DNA from: a bacterium | GTDB taxonomy: Bacteria > Patescibacteriota > Minisyncoccia > 1-14-0-10-42-19 | Direction of reading: 5' to 3' | DNA length: 64,000 bases | Assembly (NCBI GenBank): GCA_030690215.1 | Contig: JAUYHD010000029.1 | Location: 14,568-78,567, forward strand | Shown: one piece after another, positions 49,443 to 59,037 of the stretch | Position numbering within the stretch: position 1 is the first letter of the stretch | How the letters are laid out: each line of letters starts with the position of its first letter | Translations under genes and position numbers: made by a program | The notes under the pieces: model-generated | Seen by the model: the letters and a program-made list of their open reading frames with translations, nothing else | What the model was told of the DNA's origin: nothing | Databases searched by the model: none

Positions 49443-51005
49443 TTATTCCCGGAAAAATGTCGCAACTTTTTCTCCTTCCGTAAGCCCGGATATAATCTCA
49501 ATTTCGGCAAAAGATCCGCGAAGTCCCACCGAAACCTCCCTCTCCTCTATAGAGCCATCATTACGGACAACCCTCACAAAACGATTTCCGTTCTTAGAAA
49601 AAACAGAACGAGCGGGAATCGTCAAAACATGTTCCCGCACGGCAGTTACAATATCTACATTTGCGGTCATGCCCGATTTAATGCGCGGGTCACGGACATC
49701 AAATTGAAGTGTGATTTGATACGTTACGACGCCATCAATTACATTTTCTGCGGGATTAATCGTTACAACATGCGCCGGGAACATATCTTCATCCGTATAT
49801 GCATCAAGCGTGATGCGCGCATTATTCCCCAGCGTAATTTTTGTAATATCGGTCTCCGGGATATTCACTTTTACCTCAAACTCGGATTCGGAAATCAACG
49901 ATACGATATCCACCCCCGCGCTCACAATTTGCCCTACTTTGGTATCTTGTTTTGTTACAATACCGCCCATCGGAGAACGAAGAATTGTTTTTGCCAAATC
50001 CGCTTGCTTATTTGCAACCGCCGCCTCCGCCTGTTCAAGTTTTGCTTCCTGAACCCGGACTGCTTCTCCGGTAGGTCCCGCGGTTTTTACCACAAGCTGC
50101 TGGCTTTCATACGACAATGTTGATTCGGCAGTCTGTAATTTTTCCTGTGCCGAAGAAATGTTTGCTGAGGCGGTATTTACCGCTGTTCGCGCCGTTGCAA
50201 TATCCGTCTTGTATCCATCAAGTGTGGTCTGCGAAATGGCGGGGCTTGCCTGCGTTTGATTCACCGCAAGCGCAGATATGTCTAGTTCGGAACGAATGCG
50301 AGCAATATTATTTTTCGCTTCCGTGTAAAATGAAAAGAGATCGCCGTCCGCAGAAATGGCAAGTAATGAAATTTGCCATGTATCAAGAACACCCTCCAAT
50401 ACAGCGCGCCCGTTCTTAATATCATTTTCAAGTTGAGGATTGTTCACAGTAAAATAAATAGTGTAATTTCCTCCTTGCGGGTTTACAAAAATCTGATCAA
50501 GCTTATTGCGGATTGCATCATCTCCTTTTGTGAACGCATCAAGAATAACATCAACCAGATTTTTTCTTGCATCATCAAGAGTGGTTTTTGCGTTTTCAAC
50601 TTTAATTTCTTGAGACCGTATTTCTTCCAGTCGTGCACCGCGGAGTAACTCATCGAGTGCCGCCTGTTCAATTTTAACCCGGGCTTCCGCGTCTTTTAAC
50701 TGCGCTGCAATATCGCTATTTTCTAAAACAATGAGAGAGGCACCCACACCAACTTCGCTCCCGACATCAACAGAGATACGCGACACGCGCCCGGTCCGTT
50801 CAAACGCAAGATCAACCGCGCGCGCAGGCTGGACATTGCCGGTGACACTTACCTCTTCTGAAATATTTTTCCGTTCCACAAAAGCAAAATCAGCAAGAAC
50901 CTCCTCTCCTCCGCGAAAAAGAAAAAATCCTCCGACAATAATACCAATGCCGACAATCGAAGATAGAACAGGATGTTTTTTTATAAGAGAGATCTTTGTT
51001 CTCAT
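49443..51005 (-). CDS. MacA/HlyD-type membrane fusion adaptor
   Basis: N-terminal TM, long coiled coil, LRSPMGGIV, GMTANV, GLTEGEKV. Confidence 0.9.
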   Translation of the reverse strand: MRTKISLIKKHPVLSSIVGIGIIVGGFFLFRGGEEVLADFAFVERKNISEEVSVTGNVQPARAVDLAFERTGRVSRISVDVGSEVGVGASLIVLENSDIAAQLKDAEARVKIEQAALDELLRGARLEEIRSQEIKVENAKTTLDDARKNLVDVILDAFTKGDDAIRNKLDQIFVNPQGGNYTIYFTVNNPQLENDIKNGRAVLEGVLDTWQISLLAISADGDLFSFYTEAKNNIARIRSELDISALAVNQTQASPAISQTTLDGYKTDIATARTAVNTASANISSAQEKLQTAESTLSYESQQLVVKTAGPTGEAVRVQEAKLEQAEAAVANKQADLAKTILRSPMGGIVTKQDTKVGQIVSAGVDIVSLISESEFEVKVNIPETDITKITLGNNARITLDAYTDEDMFPAHVVTINPAENVIDGVVTYQITLQFDVRDPRIKSGMTANVDIVTAVREHVLTIPARSVFSKNGNRFVRVVRNDGSIEEREVSVGLRGSFAEIEIISGLTEGEKVATFFRE

Positions 51006-51068
51006 AGGAATGCGCTGTCGTTAGAATAAAATTATTTATTTTGCTTGCCCCGAAGTGATGCGGAGCAT

Positions 51069-51326
51069 CTACTTTGGGGATTTTATTTTTTTAATAACAC
51101 CGCGAATAACATCAAGTTTACCTGAAAGATGCGAAGCAAATTTTTCCACTTGAGATAACTTTGTAAACGTGAGCATGTCATGGCCCATGCCGAACACGAG
51201 TAGCTTTTCCCCCTTTTTAATGCCCATTGCTTTCCGGGCTTCCGCAGGAACAACAACCTGCCCTTTCTCGCCCACGGTGGTCGTGCCAAAGAAAAAATGA
51301 TGGTCCTTTTTTTGTTTTTGTATCAT
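51069..51326 (-). CDS. AbrB/MazE/SpoVT-family DNA-binding protein
   Basis: TVGEKGQVVVPAEARK..I..GEKL. Confidence 0.88.
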   Translation of the reverse strand: MIQKQKKDHHFFFGTTTVGEKGQVVVPAEARKAMGIKKGEKLLVFGMGHDMLTFTKLSQVEKFASHLSGKLDVIRGVIKKIKSPK

Positions 51327-51377
51327 GCCTCTATGCTACCCTATTCCTTAAAATCATACAAGTAGGAAATGTACGTC

Positions 51378-52181
51378 TTAGAAGAAAAGAGAGACAACGG
51401 TCACACAGGCAAAGAAGAGAACGAACCACGCAAATCGCACTTTTTGCGCAATGCGCAAAAGTATATGAATCGTACCGAGCCCGACAACAAACGCCGTACT
51501 AAGACCGGCAATAAGTTCTATGGTTATCGCAAAATTATTCAGCTGAAGAAAAATATTCCCCGCAAGCACAATGGGTAAGCTCATAATGAAACTCAACCGC
51601 AAAGCCGAGGCGTCCTCAAACCCGCGAAGCAAAAATGCCGCAACCGTCGTTCCTGATCGCGAAAGACCGGGGAGAACAGAAAACCCCTGAACAATCCCCA
51701 ATATAATACCGTCTGCAAAAGAAAGTGAATCTTTGTTGCGAATGCCTTGCGCCTTTCGCATAAATCCAAGCCCCGCGGTAATAAAAAGCAATATCGCAAC
51801 CCCCCCGGTAACAATTCTGCCCCCCAATTCAATAGAACCGGAAAATTCTTCAACCGCGTTGGAAAAAATAAAGAAGAACACCCATCCGAGAATGCCGCTT
51901 ATAATCGTTGCAATAATATAAAATCGCGCCTCCCTTTGTGATGCGCCATCGTTTTTTCGGTATGAAAATATATGCGACATAATCCGAAAGATATCCTTAT
52001 AAAAATACGCGAATGCCGCAAAAAATGTTCCTAAATGCAAAAAAAGCGAAAGCTCCACCGCGTCTACAAGCGATGTTTCGCCGAAAAAATGAATCTGTGC
52101 TAACACTAAAAAACCCTCCGAACTTATCGGAATCCATTCGGCAAGGCCCTGAATAAAGCCGAGAACAATTGCTTCAAACAT
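51378..52181 (-). CDS. uppP: Undecaprenyl-diphosphate phosphatase
   Basis: QGLAEWIPISS, PGLSRSGTT. Confidence 0.92.
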   Translation of the reverse strand: MFEAIVLGFIQGLAEWIPISSEGFLVLAQIHFFGETSLVDAVELSLFLHLGTFFAAFAYFYKDIFRIMSHIFSYRKNDGASQREARFYIIATIISGILGWVFFFIFSNAVEEFSGSIELGGRIVTGGVAILLFITAGLGFMRKAQGIRNKDSLSFADGIILGIVQGFSVLPGLSRSGTTVAAFLLRGFEDASALRLSFIMSLPIVLAGNIFLQLNNFAITIELIAGLSTAFVVGLGTIHILLRIAQKVRFAWFVLFFACVTVVSLFF

Positions 52182-52183
52182 GA

Positions 52184-52393
52184 CTATGCTTCATCCTTAT
52201 TCGTATCCTCATATCCCTCTTCCGTTTCTCTGAGCGCCTCCAATTCCGCTTTCGTTTTTGCATCGCTATGCTCTCCGTCATTGCACGAACACGACACGAG
52301 GTCTTTCCCGTGATGAGGGCAGCTATCCATTTGGCATACGCCGGGAGTGCCTGATATACCTCCGCACCCGCCGGTACAAATAAAATGCTCCAT
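52184..52393 (-). CDS. Small Cys/His-rich protein
   Basis: CTGGC..C....C.HH....CSC...H; 2 nt upstream of uppP. Confidence 0.6.
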   Translation of the reverse strand: MEHFICTGGCGGISGTPGVCQMDSCPHHGKDLVSCSCNDGEHSDAKTKAELEALRETEEGYEDTNKDEA

Positions 52394-52473
52394 AGCATTA
52401 TATATTATTTAATTATAAAAAATACATCCTTATAATAGCAAACAAATAGAAAGTATCGTAAATCGTCTTATGC

Positions 52474-54471
52474 CTACTCCCCTTTTTCTTGAATATCCCA
52501 AATTTCTTTGCTGATATATTTCTCAGCCCAGTCAAGGTCGCCCAGCAATTGTTCTTCCCGGAGGCGTTCTTCTTCAGAAAGCGCGTTACTCTTTTTTATC
52601 CGATGGATAATTTCCAATTCTTTTCCGATATCATTCCGCACCACGGCAAAACCGCGCTTGAGCGATTCTTCCGCTTCGCGTACTTCGTTGAGCCACGCGC
52701 GGCGTTTCGTTCGCGCATGACGGATATGGATACCGATAAATATGAGGAGCCCGATGTTTATTGCAAATAACCCGAGCATGAGGATAATATAGAGCGTCTC
52801 ATAGCTCAACCGCGACGAACCGAACTGAAAGGCGGTCTGCCGGACATACATTTCAACTTGAGGTGTAGGCGGCGAGAACGACTCACCAAGCCGGGTTTGC
52901 GCCCACACAATATACCGACCGGTCGGCAAAAATGCGTCATGCCGGTAGAGCCAGTCGCCCCTATTATCGGATGTCACCTCAAAACTTCTGGTGCTCCCTG
53001 ATTCAATATCTTGCACATAGACAATTACCGGAACGGTCGCGTTATCTGTTTTGCCTCGAATATAAAATATATCCTCATTTGAAATATCGCGTGACGCGCC
53101 CGTCACGAAAGGCGGCGCGACTACTGATTCATCCGCCTGCGCCGATACCGCCCACCCGAACAAAACCATCACGCTCATACCCGCGACAAAAAGCATCATA
53201 CTCATTTTTCCGTATGTTTTCCGATAATGTTTCAGTTCTTCCAAATCATGCTGAATATCTTTCGGCAGCCGTTTTTCGCTATGCGCTGCATCAACCCGTT
53301 TGTGCAAACGGTATGCCCTCCACGCGCCAAAACCCAATAGAACGCCGAACACCGTCAAAAAAATCCATGTCCACGGATTCCGGACGGCAAACTCAAACGG
53401 AGTGACAATACGGATACGCTCCGTTTCCTCCGTGATATTTCCTGCCGTATCATACGCGCGCACGATAACATCATATACGCCATGCCCCAAAGAAAGAATT
53501 TGCGGCGATTCCGCTTCAATAAATATGCTTTGTTCTTCTGCCTGTGCAATATTGTCTCCTCCGAGAGGAATAACTCTATATTCATAATGACTAATGCCTG
53601 ATACCGCGTCAGTCGTTGCAAAGTTAAGAATAACGGATTGCGCCGTAGTCACGCGTGACGGATTAACAGTGATCGGAAAACGCGCGGGCGGGTCAATATC
53701 AACATGAATCGCAAAATGCGTCGCGCCGCCCCACGCGCCCTCGCGAAGCGCTTTTATGTGAAAATAATGCACGCCGCTCGTCAAATTCGTATACGAAGCG
53801 CTTTGCTGACGCCCTTCAGAAATATTATCTGGAATATCAACCGGTCGCAAAGAAAGCATAAAACTATATCCCTCGGCAAGAATATTGCTTGCCCAAGTAA
53901 ACAGAGCCGTACGCTCCGCGTAATATGTTGTCTGATCCGGAAATGTTTCCGATACAACAATTGGCCCTTGCGGTGGCGGGAGCACAATGCGATATATGCC
54001 GTTTGTCACATCAGCAAGGATAGGAGTCGCCTTGCCGTCGTGCATAAAGACCTCCGACGTATCAGTAAATCGGACAATCGCATCTCCTATTTTCCGCGCA
54101 CGAAATGTAAATGTCGCTACAATGCCTCTGTCTGTCGTAATACCCCCTGGAATGCCTCCTTGAAACCGCATAACACCCGCCTGATTGTCGTACATGGGAC
54201 GTTCTACCCACGTGCCGACAATTGATTTTCCTGTCGAGGAAGGGGAAACTATCTGCAATATATCAGGAGGAAAACGCAATTCCACATCAAACGCGTTTAC
54301 TGTAGCGCCCTCACCGTTAAGGACAACCGAAACGATAAATGTGCTTCCTACCTCAAACGTGCCCGTGTTCGGAGAAAGCGACATCGTAGCCGCATGCGCG
54401 CGCGGCGCGCCCCCCAAAACACCCGCAAGAAAAATAAGAGCAAAAACGAATAACGCGCCCTGGGCTTTCAT
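52474..54471 (-). CDS. Cohesin-domain surface/membrane protein with Ig-like repeats
   Basis: Signal peptide (AHA), cohesin-like beta sandwich, YFHIKA, VRAYDTAGN, internal and C-terminal TMs. Confidence 0.78.
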   Translation of the reverse strand: MKAQGALFVFALIFLAGVLGGAPRAHAATMSLSPNTGTFEVGSTFIVSVVLNGEGATVNAFDVELRFPPDILQIVSPSSTGKSIVGTWVERPMYDNQAGVMRFQGGIPGGITTDRGIVATFTFRARKIGDAIVRFTDTSEVFMHDGKATPILADVTNGIYRIVLPPPQGPIVVSETFPDQTTYYAERTALFTWASNILAEGYSFMLSLRPVDIPDNISEGRQQSASYTNLTSGVHYFHIKALREGAWGGATHFAIHVDIDPPARFPITVNPSRVTTAQSVILNFATTDAVSGISHYEYRVIPLGGDNIAQAEEQSIFIEAESPQILSLGHGVYDVIVRAYDTAGNITEETERIRIVTPFEFAVRNPWTWIFLTVFGVLLGFGAWRAYRLHKRVDAAHSEKRLPKDIQHDLEELKHYRKTYGKMSMMLFVAGMSVMVLFGWAVSAQADESVVAPPFVTGASRDISNEDIFYIRGKTDNATVPVIVYVQDIESGSTRSFEVTSDNRGDWLYRHDAFLPTGRYIVWAQTRLGESFSPPTPQVEMYVRQTAFQFGSSRLSYETLYIILMLGLFAINIGLLIFIGIHIRHARTKRRAWLNEVREAEESLKRGFAVVRNDIGKELEIIHRIKKSNALSEEERLREEQLLGDLDWAEKYISKEIWDIQEKGE

Positions 54472-54733
54472 CGTGATCCTGAATTCTAGCTTGTAACGCC
54501 TTTCGAGATGTTTCATTGCACTTTGGATTAGAACCTGGGTATTGAGGATTCACAATGGGCTTCCCCTCCCCCTCAAAAAAAAGAACATATGGTTCTTTCG
54601 TAAAATCAGGCAATACAGGCGTTTCTTCGCTTATTGCGATAGCTTCTTGCACGACTTGCTTTCTAATCTCGAAGGCGGACACAGCTCCCAAAATAACCAT
54701 TACCAACAATAAAATCTTATTCCAAGTAGGCAT
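54353..54733 (-). CDS. Hypothetical membrane-anchored protein overlapping the cohesin gene start
   Basis: Strong SD AGGAGG, N-terminal TM; 3' end overlaps the next CDS by about 120 bp. Confidence 0.45.
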   Translation of the reverse strand: MPTWNKILLLVMVILGAVSAFEIRKQVVQEAIAISEETPVLPDFTKEPYVLFFEGEGKPIVNPQYPGSNPKCNETSRKALQARIQDHDESPGRVIRFCSYFSCGCFGGRAARACGYDVAFSEHGHV

Positions 54734-54834
54734 ACAACCTCCTATCAATGTGCTTTTATCGTATGGTACTCTTGCTGTGCGGAAAAGGCAACTATTTGGT
54801 AAAAAACCGCATTATATCTATAATAAAAAATAGC

Positions 54835-55599
54835 ATGGCAACACACACACTCTACGCGCTTATAAGCGTTTTCGCGGTCAGCTTCATTTCTCTTGTGGGG
54901 CTGGCGGCCCTTTCCATCAACGGACAACGGCTTAAAAAAATAATTTTTCTTTTAGTGGCGCTCGCTATTGGCGCACTCCTCGGAGATGCATTTATCCATC
55001 TTATTCCGGAAGCAATAGAAGAATCTGGGCATTCTCCACTCATCCCGCTTCTTATTATTGTCGGCATCGTATTCTTCTTTATTTTTGAAAAGCTCCTCGG
55101 CTGGCACCATCATCATCACGAAAAACCGGCAGCCTGCATAGACTGCCAAGACATCCTTCCCGTGGGAAGATTGGTTCTTTTTTCGGATGGGCTCCATAAT
55201 CTTGTTGATGGGATTATTATCGGCGCAAGCTATTTGGTAAGCATTGAGATAGGCATCGCAACCACCATTGCTGTCATATTACATGAAATACCGCAAGAAA
55301 TCGGTGATTTTGGCATATTGATTCACGCGGGATACACAAAAATAAAAGCGCTGTGGTTTAATTTTCTTTCTGCACTGCTTGCAATTGGCGGAGTGCTTCT
55401 CGTAATACTTTTTGGCGAAAACATAGAATCAATGATCCCGTTTATCCTTGCGCTTGCCGCAGGAAATTTTATCTATATCGCAACCGCGGACCTAATCCCC
55501 GAACTCCATAAAGAACACGGCGCCCGGCAATCAGGACTGGAAATAATATTTATTATCGCGGGAGCTGCCGCGATGTATCTTTTGCTTTTCCTTGAATAA
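54835..55599 (+). CDS. ZIP-family metal transporter
   Basis: HLIPE, His-rich loop HHHHHE, DGLHNLVDG, HEIPQEIGD. Confidence 0.93.
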   Translation: MATHTLYALISVFAVSFISLVGLAALSINGQRLKKIIFLLVALAIGALLGDAFIHLIPEAIEESGHSPLIPLLIIVGIVFFFIFEKLLGWHHHHHEKPAACIDCQDILPVGRLVLFSDGLHNLVDGIIIGASYLVSIEIGIATTIAVILHEIPQEIGDFGILIHAGYTKIKALWFNFLSALLAIGGVLLVILFGENIESMIPFILALAAGNFIYIATADLIPELHKEHGARQSGLEIIFIIAGAAAMYLLLFLE

Positions 55600-55625
55600 A
55601 AACATCTTGCACATATCCTAAAAAC

Positions 55626-55657
55626 AAAAACATTCCGCAAAATACGGAATGTTTTTT
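55626..55657 (+). terminator. Terminator of the ZIP gene
   Basis: AAAAACATTCCG..CGGAATGTTTTT. Confidence 0.75.
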
Positions 55658-55677
55658 ATTTATAAAACCAATAAACG

Positions 55678-55845
55678 AAAAAATTCCGCCGTCAGCGGAA
55701 TTCTTTCAAAGCAGTACTCGTGTGGCAGTTTGTCCGCTCTTATACAAGATATATATCTTCAGCGAAAAACTCGAAAGCGTTCGCAATTTAGATATCTGAA
55801 AAAAATTATTTGATCGGAACCGCCGTTATATAAGAGTACTGCTAT
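55678..55845 (-). ncRNA. Candidate structured RNA, 6S RNA-like rod with central bubble
   Basis: Promoter TTGATT-16-TATAAT (55877-55850); closing stem AGCAGUACUC/GAGUACUGCU; UUCG-capped terminal stem; own terminator AAUUCCGC/GCGGAAUU plus U-run; no ORF. Confidence 0.6.
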
Positions 55846-55924
55846 TTTTATTATACTCCTTTTCTATAAAAAATCAAGAGCAAAACCTTCTTTACCCACA
55901 CCTATAGTTACATCAACCTATAGC

Positions 55925-56305
55925 CTATTTAAACCACTCTTTAAAGTTTTTTGGCCAGCCCAAGAGCAAAAGCAATGCCAATGGGGCTCCCCAATTAGCC
56001 GACCGCTCTACAAAATCCCATATCGGCATGCCTACAATCGGACGTAAGAGTGCCGTCCAAAATCCCCAAAGCACCATCCATAAAATTGCCGCACGAATTG
56101 GCTTTATCAAAACCAAAATTGCAAGCGTAATATCTATCATCCCCAAAACCAACAATAACGTTTTCGCCATTTCGGGATCTGTGATGCCGAACGTAGAAAA
56201 CCATCCAACCCAATCTTTTTTCCCTTGCAGAGCGAATACCCCATGCCCCAAAAATTCACCCGCAACAGCAATCCGCAATACCCATTGAATATGTTTTGTA
56301 TTCAT
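55925..56305 (-). CDS. DoxX-like membrane protein
   Basis: LRIAVAGEFLGHG, FVERSANWGAP. Confidence 0.7.
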   Translation of the reverse strand: MNTKHIQWVLRIAVAGEFLGHGVFALQGKKDWVGWFSTFGITDPEMAKTLLLVLGMIDITLAILVLIKPIRAAILWMVLWGFWTALLRPIVGMPIWDFVERSANWGAPLALLLLLGWPKNFKEWFK

Positions 56306-56326
56306 ATATGAGCTAAAAATTAAATG

Positions 56327-56941
56327 TTAATTAGCGTACCACTGGCTATACCACTCTCGCATTGAATTTATTTCTCGGGTCTGCGCTTCAATGATGTTTT
56401 TTGCAAGCTGTTCCATCTCTGGCCTGTCACTCGATCGTAAAAGCATTTGCGCCATCATCACCGCCATCTGATGATGCGGGATCATTTGTTCAATAAATTC
56501 CTTATCGAACACATCCGCATTTTCGAGAGTACCAATATCGGTTTCGTTACCCATCATGCCGCTATGCATCATCATTCCCATGCCATGTCCCATGGAAAAA
56601 CTTACATTGGGAACCTCTTTCCCAAACCACGACGCATACCATTGTTCCATCTGGTCAATTTCTTCTGACTGGGTTCGAATAATGCCAGTTGCAAGCTCCT
56701 TAATTTCTAGATGTTCCGCCCGCGTTGATGCAAGATTTGCCATAATAATTGCATCTTCATGATGAGGAATCATCTGTTCAATGAAGTGAGCATCAATACC
56801 TTCCGCAAAATCACCACTACCCATCATGGAGTCGCGATACATCATTTGTCCCGCCCACGGCATCGCAGGTAAAAATAAAGGCGCAACAAAAATACCTATA
56901 ATAATGCCCGCCACGCCCGAAATGATTATTTCTTTACTCAT
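56327..56941 (-). CDS. DUF305 (CopM-like) Met/His-rich metal-binding protein
   Basis: Two FIEQMIPHH..A..MA..Q..EI repeats. Confidence 0.9.
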   Translation of the reverse strand: MSKEIIISGVAGIIIGIFVAPLFLPAMPWAGQMMYRDSMMGSGDFAEGIDAHFIEQMIPHHEDAIIMANLASTRAEHLEIKELATGIIRTQSEEIDQMEQWYASWFGKEVPNVSFSMGHGMGMMMHSGMMGNETDIGTLENADVFDKEFIEQMIPHHQMAVMMAQMLLRSSDRPEMEQLAKNIIEAQTREINSMREWYSQWYAN

Positions 56942-57005
56942 ATGTTTGTATAATAATTACTATCTATTAATTGTAAGAGCATTCTTCAACCAGAGAATGC
57001 TTCTA

Positions 57006-59024
57006 TTATAAAGCTCTCTTCTTTAACATCATAGCGTTCACCGCAACAATAACCGTAGATAAAGACATGAATACCGCCGCAAGCGCTGGTTCCAAAAAAA
57101 TACCCTTAAATGCCAATACCCCCGCGGCAAGCGGGAGCGCGACAATATTATATCCGGTCGCCCAAAAAAGATTTTGGATCATTTTTGAATATGTCATTTG
57201 AGACAGCCTGATTATTTTTACTATGTCCCGCGGATCGTTGCGAACGAGAATAATCCCGGCTGATTCAATCGCGACATTCGTGCCGGCCCCTATCGCAACT
57301 CCCATATCCGCTTGAGTAAGAGCTGGGGCATCATTAATACCATCGCCCACCATCGCAACCCGAAAACCCTGCCTTTGCAGTTCCTTCACCCTGTCCGCTT
57401 TTGCGCCGGGCAACACTCTCGCGAAATACTCATCAATAGTAAGCTCCTTTGCAACATGCTTTGCGACTTCCTCCGAATCGCCGGTGATCATAGCAACCCG
57501 TATCCCTGCTCGCTTTAAATCCCGGATTGCCTCACGTGCTTCTTCGCGAATGGTGTCTGCAACAGTAATGGTCCCGACAATTTTGCCGTTCTCTTCAACA
57601 ACAATATCGGCACCCCCGCGATGGCCGACAAAAATTGTTCTTCCGTCAATGTCCGCTTCGGTTCCTACGCCCGGTATCCGCCTAAATTGTTTTGCTTCCG
57701 GGATAACAAGCTGTCGTTTTTTTGCTTCAGATACGATTCCTTTTGCAATCGGATGTTCGGAATGGAAATCAGCCGCGGCAGCAAGCGCAAGCGCCTCATC
57801 GGATGAGTAATGCACTACCCCAAATTTTCCTTCAGTAAGCGTTCCTGTCTTGTCAAAAAGCACCATAGTCAATGTACGGGCGCTTTCCAAAGCGATCCGT
57901 TCTCTCACCAAAAAACCATTCTGCGCCGCCTTTGTTGTTGAGATAGAAGCAACCAGAGGCACAGCGAGACCAAGCGCATGAGGACATGCAATAACAAGCA
58001 CCGCAACAAGCCGTGCTACCGCAAAACTGATATCAGCTCCCGCAAAAAGCCAGGCTATGAGCGTAATACCCCCTCCCATAACAGCAAGTATCGTGAGATA
58101 TAATGCCGCCCGGTCCGAAAGAATTTGGAGCCGAGACTTGCTTGCTTGCGCTTGGGCAACCAGACGCATAATGCCGGCAAGAAATGTTTTGTCTCCGATG
58201 GTAGACACGGCAACCTTTAGCATGCCGTCACCGTTGATTGTCCCGGCGATCACACCATCGCCTTCTTTTTTGGAAACTGGCTTTGATTCGCCCGTAACCA
58301 TTGATTCGTTCACATCAGAACCGCCCTCTATGACTACGCCATCTGCAGGTATGCTCGCACCGGGCCTTACCAATACCACATCTTTTTCTTTCAGCTCGGA
58401 TAACAAAATTTTTTCCGTAGTACCATTTCGAATTACTTCGGCAACATCCGGAAGAAGTTTCGATAATTCTTTGAGCGCCCCCTGCGCTCCGCTCACCGCA
58501 CGCATTTCAAGCCAATGGCCAAGGAGCATAATTGTAATAAGTGTTGCAAGCTCCCAAAATAAAACCTCCTCGCCCGCAAACACCGCGTATACGCTCCATA
58601 TATACGCGGCAGAAATCGCAATACCGATAAGCGTCATCATCCCGGGAAGTTTCGCTTGCAGTTCCCGGTATGCCGAACTGATAAACACCCATCCGCCATA
58701 AAAGAAAATGACGGACGCCAGCACAAATGGCATATACGCTGAACCGGGGAATGCCGGCGCCTGATACCCAAGAAGTGTCTGGGCAATATCGGAATATATA
58801 ACTATGGGCAGAGACAGCATCAAGCTCACCCAAAACTTCACCTTGAAAATGTTTGTTGAATGCCCCTGATGCTTATCAAATTCTTGGCGATGTTCGTGCG
58901 TCTTTCTCTCCTTCTTGGCGGGCACAAGCGCCATTCCGCATTCCGGGCACATCCCCGGATGTTGTTGTACGACATCAGGATGCATGGGACAGCTATACAA
59001 TTTTATTTTTTCGTTATGATCCAT
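57006..59024 (-). CDS. copB: Copper-translocating P1B ATPase (CPH type)
   Basis: YSCPMHP..CPECGM, TGES, CPH, DKTGT, GDGINDAPAL, YN and MSLST. Confidence 0.9.
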   Translation of the reverse strand: MDHNEKIKLYSCPMHPDVVQQHPGMCPECGMALVPAKKERKTHEHRQEFDKHQGHSTNIFKVKFWVSLMLSLPIVIYSDIAQTLLGYQAPAFPGSAYMPFVLASVIFFYGGWVFISSAYRELQAKLPGMMTLIGIAISAAYIWSVYAVFAGEEVLFWELATLITIMLLGHWLEMRAVSGAQGALKELSKLLPDVAEVIRNGTTEKILLSELKEKDVVLVRPGASIPADGVVIEGGSDVNESMVTGESKPVSKKEGDGVIAGTINGDGMLKVAVSTIGDKTFLAGIMRLVAQAQASKSRLQILSDRAALYLTILAVMGGGITLIAWLFAGADISFAVARLVAVLVIACPHALGLAVPLVASISTTKAAQNGFLVRERIALESARTLTMVLFDKTGTLTEGKFGVVHYSSDEALALAAAADFHSEHPIAKGIVSEAKKRQLVIPEAKQFRRIPGVGTEADIDGRTIFVGHRGGADIVVEENGKIVGTITVADTIREEAREAIRDLKRAGIRVAMITGDSEEVAKHVAKELTIDEYFARVLPGAKADRVKELQRQGFRVAMVGDGINDAPALTQADMGVAIGAGTNVAIESAGIILVRNDPRDIVKIIRLSQMTYSKMIQNLFWATGYNIVALPLAAGVLAFKGIFLEPALAAVFMSLSTVIVAVNAMMLKKRAL

Positions 59025-59037
59025 GATTTTACTTTCA

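Noticed and set aside
49257-50123. 288-aa plus-strand ORF
   Set aside because: Antisense to the ABC ATPase and adaptor genes; no motifs or initiation signals.
58057-58701. 214-aa plus-strand ORF
   Set aside because: Antisense shadow of the copper ATPase.
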